Of a stretch of DNA of 64,000 nucleotides, positions 28,880-41,700 are shown piece after piece. Source of the stretch: Eledone cirrhosa (taxonomy: Eukaryota); NCBI GenBank assembly GCA_964016885.1, contig OZ024741.1, positions 24,056,001 through 24,120,000 on the forward strand. The letters run 5' to 3'. The notes under the pieces were generated by a model that saw nothing but the letters and a program-made list of their open reading frames with translations, was not told the DNA's origin and searched no databases. A program made the position numbers and the translations under genes. Every line of letters starts with the position of its first letter. The stretch's first letter is position 1.

Positions 28880-31800
28880 CTAAGCCTCATCCAGTACATA
28901 TATAGTAAAAGACCGTGCCTCAGCTGTCACCTAACCCTAATCCAGTACATATATAGTAAAAGAGCGTGCCTCAGCTGTGACCTAACCCTAATCCAGTACA
29001 TATATAGTAAAAGACCGTGCTTCAGCCACGATCTAACCCTAATCCAGTACATATATAGTAAAAGACCATACCTCAGCTGTGACCTAACCTTAATCCAGTA
29101 CATATATAGTAAAAGACTGTGCTTTAGCTGTCACCTAACCCTAATCCAGTACATATATAGTAAAAGACTGTGCTTCAGCCATGACCTAACCCTAATCCAG
29201 TACATATATAGTAAAAGACTGTGCTTCAGCTGTCACCTAACCCTAATCCAGTACATATATAGTAAAAGACTGTGCTTCAGCTGTCACCTATACCCTAATC
29301 CAGTACATATATAGTAAAGACCGTGCTTCAGCCATGACCTAACCCTAATCCAGTACATATATAGTAAAAGACTGTGCTTCAGCTGTCACCTAACTCTGAT
29401 CCAGTACATATATAGTAAAAGACCGTGCCTCAGCTGTGACGTAACCCTAATCCAGTACATATAAAGTAAAAGACTGTGCCTCAGCTGTGACCTAACCCTA
29501 ATCCAGTACATATATAGTAAAAGACCGTGCTTCAGCCACGATCTAACCCTAATCCAGTACATATATAGTAAAAGACTGTGCTTCAGCTGTGACCTAACCC
29601 TAATCCAGTACATATATAGTAAAAGACTGTGCTTCAGCTGTCACCTAACCCTAATCCAATACATATATAATAAAAGACTGTGCTGCTGCCATGACCTAAC
29701 CCTAATCCAGTACATATATAGTAAAAGACTGTGCTTCAGCTGTCACCTAAACCTAATCTAGTACATATATAGTAAAAGACTGTGCTTCAGCCATGACCTA
29801 ACCCTAATCCAGTACATATATAGTAAAAGACTGTGCTTCAGCTGTGACCTAACCCTAATCCAGTACATATATAGTAAAAGACTGTGCTGCAGCCATGACT
29901 TAACCCTAATCCAGTACATATATAGTAAAAGACTGTGCTTCAGCTGTCACCTAAACCTAATCTAGTACATATATAGTAAAAGACTGTGCTTCAGCCATGA
30001 CCTAACCCTAATCCAGTACATATATAGTAAAAGACTGTGCTTCAGCTGTGACCTAACTCTAATCCAGTACATATATAGTAAAAGACTGTGCTTCAGCCAT
30101 GACCTAACCCTAATCCAGTACATATATAGTAAAAGACTGTGCTTCAGCTGTCACCTAAACCTAATCCAGTACATCTATAGTAAAAGACTGTGCTTCAGCA
30201 ATGACCTAACCCTAATCCAGTACATATATAGTAAAAGACTGTGCTGCAGCCATGACCTAACCCTAATCCAGTACATATATAGTAAAAGACTGTGCTTCAG
30301 CTGTGACCTAACTCTAATCCAGTACATATATAGTAAAAGACTGTGCTGCAGCCATGACCTAATCATAATCCAGTACATATATAGTAAAAGACTGTGCTTC
30401 AGCTGTGACCTAACCCTAATCCAGTACATATATAGTAAAAGACTCTTCTTCAGATGTCACCTAAGCCTCATCCAGTACATATATAGTAAAAGACCGTGCC
30501 TCAGCTGTCACCTAACCCTAATCCAGTACATATATAGTAAAAGAGCGTGCCTCAGCTGTGACCTAACCCTAATCCAGTACATATATAGTAAAAGACCGTG
30601 CTTCAGCCACGATCTAACCCTAATCCAGTACATATATAGTAAAAGACCATACCTCAGCTGTGACCTAACCTTAATCCAGTACATATATAGTAAAAGACTG
30701 TGCTTTAGCTGTCACCTAACCCTAATCCAGTACATATATAGTAAAAGACTGTGCTTCAGCCATGACCTAACCCTAATCCAGTACATATATAGTAAAAGAC
30801 TGTGCTTCAGCTGTCACCTAACCCTAATCCAGTACATATATAGTAAAAGACTGTGCTTCAGCTGTCACCTATACCAGTACATATATCCAGTACATATATA
30901 GTAAAGACCGTGCTTCAGCCATGACCTAACCCTAATCCAGTACATATATAGTAAAAGACTGTGCTTCAGCTGTCACCTAACTCTGATCCAGTACATATAT
31001 AGTAAAAGACCGTGCCTCAGCTGTGACCTAACCCTAATCCAGTACATATATAGTAAAAGACTGTGCCTCAGCTGTGACCTAACCCTAATCCAGTACATAT
31101 ATAGTAAAAGACCGTGCTTCAGCCACGATCTAACCCTAATCCAGTACATATATAGTAAAAGACTGTGCTTCAGCTGTGACCTAACCCTAATCCAGTACAT
31201 ATATAGTAAAAGACTGTGCTTCAGCTGTCACCTAACCCTAATCCAATACATATATAATAAAAGACTGTGCTGCTGCCATGACCTAACCCTAATCCAGTAC
31301 ATATATAGTAAAAGACTGTGCTTCAGCTGTCACCTAAACCTAATCTAGTACATATATAGTAAAAGACTGTGCTTCAGCCATGACCTAACCCTAATCCAGT
31401 ACATATATAGTAAAAGACTGTGCTTCAGCTGTGACCTAACCCTAATCCAGTACATATATAGTAAAAGACTGTGCTGCAGCCATGACCTAACCCTAATCCA
31501 GTACATATATAGTAAAAGACTGTGCTTCAGCTGTCACCTAAACCTAATCTAGTACATATATAGTAAAAGACTGTGCTTCAGCCATGACCTAACCCTAATC
31601 CAGTACATATATAGTAAAAGACTGTGCTTCAGCTGTGACCTAACTCTAATCCAGTACATATATAGTAAAAGACTGTGCTTCAGCCATGACCTAACCCTAA
31701 TCCAGTACATATATAGTAAAAGAATGTGCTTCAGCTGTCACCTAAACCTAATCCAGTACATCTATAGTAAAAGACTGTGCTTCAGCAATGACCTAACCCT

Positions 31801-32030
31801 AATCCAGTACATATATAGTAAAAGACTGTGCTGCAGCCATGACCTAACCCTAATCCAGTACATATATAGTAAAAGACTGTGCTTCAGCTGTGACCTAACT
31901 CTAATCCAGTACATATATAGTAAAAGACTGTGCTGCAGCCATGACCTAATCATAATCCAGTACATATATAGTAAAAGACTGTGCTTCAGCTGTGACCTAA
32001 CCCTAATCCAGTACATATATAGTAAAAGAC
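28880..32030. repeat. Tandem duplication, period 1581/1587 bp (31 monomers; +6 bp after the 30876 insertion)
   Basis: TAAGCCTCAT is at 28881 and 30462 (+1581). ORFs 29386->30973 and 30175->31762 are offset by 1587. Both copies share the rare variants GCTGCTGCC, CAGCAATGAC and TAATCATAA. Confidence 0.9.
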
Positions 32031-35000
32031 TGTGCTGCAGCCATGACCTAACCCTAATCCAGTACATATATAGTAAAAGACTGTGCTTCAGCTGTGACCT
32101 AACCCTAATCCAGTACATATATAGTAAAAGACTGTGCTTCAGCTGTGACCTAACCCTAATCCAGTACATATATAGTAAAAGACTATGCTTCAGCTGTCAC
32201 CTAACTCTAATCCAGTACATATATAGTAAAAGACTGTGCTTCAGCTGTGACGTAACCCTAATCCAGTACATATATAGTAAAAGACTCTTCTTCAGATGTC
32301 ACCTAACCCTAATCCAGTACATATATAGTAAAAGACTGTGCTTCATCTGTCACCTAACCCTAATCCAATACATATATAGTAAAAGAGTCTGCTTCAGCTT
32401 TCACCTAACCCTAAACCAGAACATATATAGTAAAAGACCGTGCATCAGCCATGTCCTAACCCTAATCCAGTACATATATAGTAAAAGACTGTGCTTCAGC
32501 TGTCACCTAACCCTTATCCAGTACATATATAGTAAAAGACCGTGCTTCGGCCCTGACCTAACCCTAATCCAGTACATATATAGTAAAAGACTGTACCTCA
32601 GACATGACCTAACCCTAATCCAGTACATATATAGTAAAAACAGTGCTTCAGCTGTCACCTAACCCTAATCCAGTACATATATAGTAAAAGACTGTTTTTC
32701 AGCTGTCACCTAACCCTAATCCAGTACATATATAGTAAAAGACTGTGCTTCAGCCATGACCTAACCCTAATCTAGTACATATATAGTAAAAGACCGTGCT
32801 TCAGCCCTGACCTAACCCTAATCCAGTACATATATAGTAAAAGACTGTGTTTCAGCTGTCACCTAACCTTAATCCAGTACATATATAGTAAAAGACCGTG
32901 CTTCAGCCATGACGTAACTTTAATCCAATCCATATATAGTAAAAGACTGTGCCTCAGCTGGGACCTAACCCTAATCCAGTACATATATAGTAAAAGACCG
33001 TGCTTCAGCCATGACCTAACCCTAATCCAGTACATATATAGTAAAAGACTGTGCTTCAGCTGTCACCTAACCCTAATCCAGTACATATATAGTAAAAGAC
33101 TGTGCTTCAGCTGACTCCTAACCCTAATCCAGTACATATATAGTAAAAGACTGTGCTTCACCTGTCACCTAACTCTAATCCAGTACATATATAGTAAAAG
33201 ACCGTGCTTCAGCCATGACGTAACTTTAATCCAATCCATATATAGTAAAAGACTGTGCTTCAGCCATGACCTAACCCTAATCCAGTACATATATAGTAAA
33301 AGACCGTACTTCAGCCATGACGTAACTTTAATCCAATCCATATATAGTAAAAAACTGTGCTTCAGCTGTCACCTACCTCTAATCCTGTACATATATAGTA
33401 AAAGACTGTGCTTCAGCTGTCACCTAACCCTACTCCTGTACATATATAGTAAAAGACTGTGCTTCAGCTGTCACCTAACCCTAATCCAGTAAATATATAG
33501 TAAAAGACCGTACTTCAGCCATGACGTAACTTTAATCCAATCCATATATAGTAAAAGACTGTGCTTCAGCTGTCACCTAACTCTAATCCTGTACATATAT
33601 AGTAAAAGACTGTGCTTCAGCTGTCACCTAACCCTAATCCTGTACATATATAGTAAAAGACCATGCCTCAGCTGTCACCTAACCCTAATCCAGTACATAT
33701 ATAGTAAAATAACGTGCCTCAGCTGTGACCTAACCCTAATCCAGTACATATATAGTAAAAGACCGTGCTTCAGCTGTCACCTAATCCTAATCCAGTACAT
33801 ATATAGAAAAGGACTGTGCTTCAGCTGTCACCTATACCCTAATCCAGTACATATATACTAAAGACCATGCTTCAGCCATAACCTAACCCTAATCCAGTAC
33901 ATATATAGTAAAAGACTGTGCCTCAGCTGTGACCTAACCCTAATCCAATACATATATAGTAAAAGACCGTGCTTTAGCCACGATCTAACCCTAATCCAGT
34001 ACATATATAGTAAAAGACAATGCCTCAGCTGTGACCTAACCTTAATCCAGTACATATATAGTAAAAGACTGTGCATCAGCTGTGACCTAACCCTAATCCA
34101 GTACATATATAGTAAAAGACTGTGCTTCAGCTGTCACCTAACCCTAATCCAATACATATATAATAAAAGACTGTGCTTCAGCCATGATCTAACCCTAATC
34201 CAGTACATATATAGTAAAAGACTGTGCTTCAGCTGTCACCTAAACCTAATCTAGTACATATATAGTAAAAGACTGTGCTTCAGCTGTCACCTAAACCTAA
34301 TCCAGTACATATATAGTAAAAGACTGTGCTTCAGCTGTCACCTAAACCTAATCTAGTACATATATAGTAAAAGACTGTGCTTCAGCTGTCACCTAAACCT
34401 AATCCAGTACATATATAGTAAAAGACTGTGCTTCAGCAATGAGCTTACCCTAATCCAGTACATATATAGTAAAAGACTGTGCTGCAGCCATGACCTAACC
34501 CTAATCCAGTACATATATAGTAAAAGACTGTGCTTCAGCTGTGACCTAACTCTAATCCAGTACATATATAGTAAAAGACTGTGCTGCAGCCATGACCTAA
34601 CCCTAATCCAGTACATATATAGTAAAAGACTGTGCTTCAGCTGTCACCTAACCCTAATCCAGTACATATATAGTAAAAGACTGTGCTTCAGCTGTCACCA
34701 AACCCTAATGCAGTACATATATAGTAAAAGACCGTGCTTCAGCTGTCACCTAACCCTAATCCAGTACATATATAGTAAAAGACTGTGCTTCAGCTGTCAC
34801 CTAAACCTAATCCAGTACATATATAGTAAAAGACTGTGCTTCAGCAATGACCTAACCCTAATCCAGTACATATATAGTAAAAGACTGTGCTTCAGCTGTC
34901 ACCTAACCCTAATCCAGTACATATATAGTAAAAGACCGTGCTTCAGCTGTCACCTAACACTAATCCAGTACATATATAGTAAAAGACTGTGCTTCAGCTG

Positions 35001-37380
35001 TGACCTAACCCTAATCCAGTACATATATAGTAAAAGACTGTGCTTCAGCTGTCACCTAACACTAATCCAGTACATATATAGTAAAAGGCTGTGCTTCAGC
35101 TGTGACCTAACTCTAATCCAGTACATATATAGTAAAAGACTGTGCTTCAGCTGTGACCTAACTCTAATCCAGTACATATATAGTAAAAGACTGTGCTTCA
35201 GCTGTCACCTAACCTTAATCCAGTACATATATAGTAGAACACTTTGCTTCACCTGTCACCTAACCCTAATCCAGTACATATATAGTAAAAGACTGTGCTT
35301 CAGCTGTCACATAACCCTAATCCAGTACATATATAGTAAAAGACTGTGCTTCAGCCATGACATAACCCTAATCCAGTACATATATAGTAAAAGGCTGTGT
35401 TTCAGCTGTCACCTAACTCTAATCCAGTACATATATAGTAAAAGACTGTGCTTCAGCTGTCACCTAAGCCTAATCCAGTACATATATAGTAAAAGACTGT
35501 GCTTCAGCCATGACCTAACCATAATCCAGTACATATATAGTAAAAGACTGTGCTTCAGCCATGACCTAACCCTAATCCAGTACATATATAGTAAAAGACT
35601 GTGCTTCAGCCTTGACGTAACCCTAATCCAGTACATATATAGAAAAAGACCGTGCTTCAGCTGTCACCTAACCCTAATCCAGTACATATATAATAAAAGA
35701 ATGTGCTTCAGCCATGACCTAACCCTAATCCAGTACATATATAGTAAAAGACTGTGCTTCTGCTGTCACCTAACTCTAATCCAGTACATATATAGTAAAA
35801 GACTGTGCTTCAGCTGTCACCTAACTCTAACCCAGTACATATATAGTAAAAGACCGTGCCTCAGCCATGACCTAACTCTAATCCAGTACATATATAGTAA
35901 AAGACTGTGCTTCAGCTGTCACCTAACCCTAATCCAGTACATATATAGTAAAAGACCGTGCCTCAGCCATGACCCAAGCCTCATCCAGTACATATATAGG
36001 AAAAGACTGTGCTTCAGCCATGACCTAACCCTAATCCAGTACATATATAGTAAAAGACTGTGCTTCAACTGTCACCTAACCCTAATCCAGTACATATATA
36101 GTAAAAGACTGTGCTGCAGCCATGACCTAACACTAATCCAGTACATATATAGTAAAAGACCGTCCTTCAGCTGTCACCTAACCTTAATCCAGTACATATA
36201 TAGTAAAAGACTGTGCTTCAGCTGTCACCTAACTCTAATCCAGTACATATATAGTAAAAGACCGTGCTTCAGCTGTCACCTAACCTTAATTCAGTACATA
36301 TATAGTAAAAGACCGTGCTTCAGCTGTCACCTAACCTTAATCCAGTACATATATATTAAAAGACCGTGCTTCAGCTTTCACCTAACCTTAATCCAGTACA
36401 TATATAGTAAAAGACTGTGCTTCAGCTGTTACCTAACTCTAATCCAGTACATATATAGTAAAAGACCGTGCTTCAGCTGTCACCTAACCTTAATCCAGTA
36501 CATATATAGTAAAAGACCGTGCTTCAGCTGTCACCTAACCTTAATCCAGTACATATATAGTAAAGACCGTGCTTCAGCTGTCACCTAACCTTAATCCAGT
36601 ACATATATAGTAAAAGACTGTGCTTTAGCTGTCACCTAACTCTAATCCAGTACATATATAGTAAAAGACTCTGCTTCCCGCTGTCACCTAACTCTAATCC
36701 AGTACATATATAGTAAAAGACGGTGCTTCAACCATGACCTAACTCTAATCCAGTACATATATAGTAAAAGACTGTGCTTCAGCTGTCACCTAACTCTAAT
36801 CCAGTACATATATAGTAAAAGACTGTGCTACAGCTGTCACCTAACCCTAATCCAGTACATACATAGTAAAAGACTGTTCTTCAGCTGTCACCTGACGCTA
36901 ATCCTGTACATATATAGTAAAAGACCGTGCTTCAGCCCTGACCTAACCCTAATCCAGTACATATATAGTAAAAGACTGTGCTTCAGTCATGACCTAACCC
37001 TAATCCTGTACATATATAGTAAAAGACTGTGCTACAGCTGTCACCTAACCCTAATCCAGTACATAAATAGTAAAAGACTGTGCTTCAGCTGTCACCTAAC
37101 CTTAATCCTGTACATAAGTAGTAAAAGACTGTGCTTCAGCTGTCACCTAACCCTAATTCAGTACATATATAGTAAAGACCGTGCTTCAGCCATGACCTAA
37201 CCCTAATCCAGTACATATATAGTAAAAGACTGTGCTTCAGCTGTCACCTAACCCTAATCCAGTACATATATAGTAAATGACTGTGCTTCAGCTGTCACCT
37301 AACCCTAATCCAGTACATATATAGTAAAAGACCGTGCCTCAGTTGTGACCTAACCCTAATCCAGTACATATATAGTAAAA

Positions 37381-37810
37381 GAGCGTGCCTCAGCTATGAC
37401 CTAACCCTAATCCAGTACATATATAGTAAAAGACCGTGCTTCAGCCACGATCTAACCCTAATCCAGTACATATATAGTAAAAGATCATGCCTCAGCTCTG
37501 ACCTAACCTTAATCCAGTACATATATAGTAAAAAACTGTGCCTCAGCTGTGACCTAACCCTAATCCAGTACATATATAGTAAAAGAGCGTGCCTCAGCTG
37601 TGACCTAACCCTAATCCAGTACATATATAGTAAAAGACCGTGCTTCAGCCACGATCTAACCCTAATCCAGTACATATATAGTAAAAGATCATGCCTCAGC
37701 TGTGACCTAACCTTAATCCAGTACATATATAGTAAAAAACTGTGCCTCAGCTGTGACCTAACCCTAATCCAGTAAATATATAGTAAAAGAGCGTGCCTCA
37801 GCTGTGACCT
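37381..37810. repeat. Local 204-bp (4-monomer) repeat
   Basis: GAGCGTGCC is at 37381, 37585 and 37789. The first two are each followed by the same CCACGATC, GATCATGCC and AAAACTGTGCC monomers. Confidence 0.85.
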
Positions 37811-38780
37811 AACCCTAATCCAGTACATATATAGTAAAGGACCGTGATTCAGCCATGACCTAACCCTAATCCAGTACATATATAGTAAAAGACTGTGCTT
37901 CAGCCATGACCTAACCCTAATCCAGTACATATATAGTAAAAGACTGTGCTTCAGCTGTCACCTAACCCTAATCCAGTACATATATATTAAATGACTCTGC
38001 TTCAGCCATGACCTAACCCTAATCCATTACATATATATTAAAAGACTGTGCTTCAGCCATGACCTAACCCTAATCCAGTACATATATATTAAAAGACTGT
38101 GCTTCAGCCATGACCTAACCCTAATCCAGTACATATATATTAAAAGACTGTGCTTCAGCCATGACCTAACCCTAATCCAGTACATATATAGTAAAAGACT
38201 GTGCTTCAGCCATGACCTAACCCTAATCCAGTACATATATAGTAAAAGACTGTGCCTCAGCTGTGACCTAACCCTAATCCAGTACATATATAGTAAAAGA
38301 CCGTGCTTTAGCCACGATCTAACCCTATTCCAGTACATATATAGTAAAAGACAATGCCTCAGCTGTGACCTAACCTTAATCCAGTACATATATAGTAAAA
38401 GACTGTGCATCAGCTGTGACCTAACCCTAATCCAGTACATATATAGTAAAAGACTGTGCTTCAGCTGTCACCTAACCCTAATCCAATACATATATAATAA
38501 AAGACTGTGCTGCAGCCATGATCTAACCCTAATCCAGTACATATATAGTAAAAGACTGTGCTTCAGCTGTCACCTAAACCTAATCTAGTACATATATAGT
38601 AAAAGACTGTGCTTCAGCTGTCACCTAAACCTAATCCAGTACATATATAGTAAAAGACTGTGCTTCAGCTGTCACCTAAACCTAATCTAGTACATATATA
38701 GTAAAAGACTGTGCTTCAGCTGTCACCTAAACCTAATCCAGTACATATATATTAAAAGACTGTGCTTCAGCAATGAGCTT

Positions 38781-41700
38781 ACCCTAATCCAGTACATATA
38801 TAGTAAAAGACTGTGCTTCAGCCATGACCTAACACAAATCCAGTACATATATAGTAAAAGACTGTGCTTCAGCTGTCACCTAACTCTAATCCAGTACATA
38901 TATAGTAAAAGACTGTGCTTCAGCTGTCACCTAACTCTAATCCAGTACATATATAGTAAAAGACCCTGCCTCAGCCATGACCTAACTCTAATCCAGTACA
39001 TATATAGTAAAAGACTGTGCTTCAGCTGTCACCTAACCCTAATCCAGTACATATATAGTAAAAGACCGTGCCTCAGCCATGACCTAACCCTAATCCAGTA
39101 CATATATAGTAAAAGACTGTGCTTCAGCCATGACCTAACCCTAATCCAGTACATATATAGTAAAAGACTGTGCTTCAGCTGTCACCTAACCCTAATCCAG
39201 TACATATATAGTAAAAGACTGTGCTTCAGCCATGACCTAACACTAATCCAGTACATATATAATAAAAGACTGTGCTTCAGCTGTCACCTAACTCTAATCC
39301 AGTACATATATAGTTAAAGACTGTGCTTCAGCTGTCACCTAACCCTAATCCAGTACATATATAGTAAAAGACTGTGCTTCAGCCATGACCTAACCCTAAT
39401 CCAGTACATATATAGTAAAAGACTGTGCTTCAGCTATGACCTAACCCTAATCCAGTACATATATAGTAAAAGACTGTGCTTCAGCTGTCACCTAACCCTA
39501 ATCCAGTACATATATAGTAAAAGACTGTGCTTCAGCCATAACCTAACCCTAATCCAGTACATATATAGTAAAAGACTGTGCTTCAGCCATGACCTAACCA
39601 TAATCCAGTACATATATAGTAAAAGACTGTGCTTCAGACATGACCTAACCCTAATCCAGTACATATATAGTAAAAGACTGTGCTTCAGCCATGACCTAAC
39701 CCTAATCCAGTACATATATAGTAAAAGACTGTGCTTCAGCTGTCACCTAACCCTAATCCAGTACATATATAGTAAAAGACTGTGCTTCAGCCATAACCTA
39801 ACCCTAATCCAGTACATATATAGTAAAAGACTGTGCTTCAGCCATAACCTAACCCTAATCCAGTACATATATAGTAAAAGACTGTGCTTCAGCCATAACC
39901 TAACCCTAATCCAGTACATATATAGTAAAAGACTGTGCTTCAGCCATGACCTAACCCTAATCCAGTATATATATAGTAAAAGACTGTGCTTCAGCCATGA
40001 CCTAACCCTAATCCAGTACATATATAGTAAAAGACTGTGCTTCAGCCATGACCTAACCCTAATCCAGTACATATATAGTAAAAGACTGTGCTTCAGCCAT
40101 GACCTAACCCTAATCCAGTACATATATAGTAAAAGACTGTGCTTCAGCCATAACCTAACCCTAATCCAGTACATATATAGTAAAAGACTGTGCTTCAGCC
40201 ATGACCTAACCCTAATCCAGTACATATATAGTAAAAGACTGTGCTTCAGCCATGACCTAACCCTAATCCAGTACATATATAGTAAAAGACTGTGCTTCAG
40301 CTGTCACCTAACTCTAATCCAGTACATATATAGTAAAAGACTGTGCTTCAGCTGTCACCTAACTCTAATCCAGTACATATATAGTAAAAGACCCTGCCTC
40401 AGCCATGACCTAACTCTAATCCAGTACATATATAGTAAAAGACTGTGCTTCAGCTGTCACCTAACCCTAATCCAGTACATATATAGTAAAAGACCGTGCC
40501 TCAGCCATGACCTAACCCTAATCCAGTACATATATAGTAAAAGACTGTGCTTCAGCCATGACCTAACCCTAATCCAGTACATATATAGTAAAAGACTGTG
40601 CTTCAGCTGTCACCTAACCCTAATCCAGTACATATATAGTAAAAGACTGTGCTTCAGCCATGACCTAACACTAATCCAGTACATATATAGTAAAAGGCTG
40701 TGCTTCAGCTGTCACCTAACTCTAATCCAGTACATATATAGTAAAAGACTGTGCTTCAGCTGTCACCTAACCCTAATCCAGTACATATATAGTAAAAGAC
40801 TGTGCTTCAGCCATGACCTAACCCTAATCCAGTACATATATAGTAAAAGACTGTGCTTCAGCCATGACCTAACCCTAATCCAGTACATATATAGTAAAAG
40901 ACTGTGCTTCAGCTGTCACCTAACCCTAATCCAGTAAATATATAGTAAAAGACTGTGCTTCAGCCATAACCTAACCCTAATCCAGTACATATATAGTAAA
41001 AGACTGTGCTTCAGCCATGACCTAACCATAATCCAGTACATATATAGTAAAAGACTGTGCTTCAGCCATGACCTAACCCTAATCCAGTACATATATAGTA
41101 AAAGACTGTGCTTCAGCCATGACCTAACCCTAATCCAGTACATATATAGTAAAAGACTGTGCTTCAGCTGTCACCTAACCCTAATCCAGTACATATATAG
41201 TAAAAGACTGTGCTTCAGCCATTACCTAACCCTAATACAGTACATATATAGTAAAAGACTGTGCTTCAGCTGTCACCTAACCCTAATCCAGTACATATAT
41301 AGTAAAAGACTGTGCTTCAGCCATGACCTAACCCTAATCCAGTACATATATAGTAAAAGACTGTGCTTCAGCTGTCACCTAACCCTAATCCAGTACATAT
41401 ATAGTAAAAGACTGTGCTTCAGCCATGACCTAACCCTAATCCAGTACATATATAGTAAAAGACTGTGCTTCAGCTGTCACCAAACCCTAATCCTGTACAT
41501 ATGTAGTAAAAGACTGTGCTTCAGCTGTCACCTAACCCTAATCCAGTACATATATAGTAAAGACCGTGCTTCAGCCATGACCTAACCCTAATCCAGTACA
41601 TATATAGTAAAAGACTGTGCTTCAGCTGTCACCTAACCCTAATCCAGTACATATATAGTAAAAGACTGTGCTTCAGCCATGACCTAACTCTAATCCAGTA

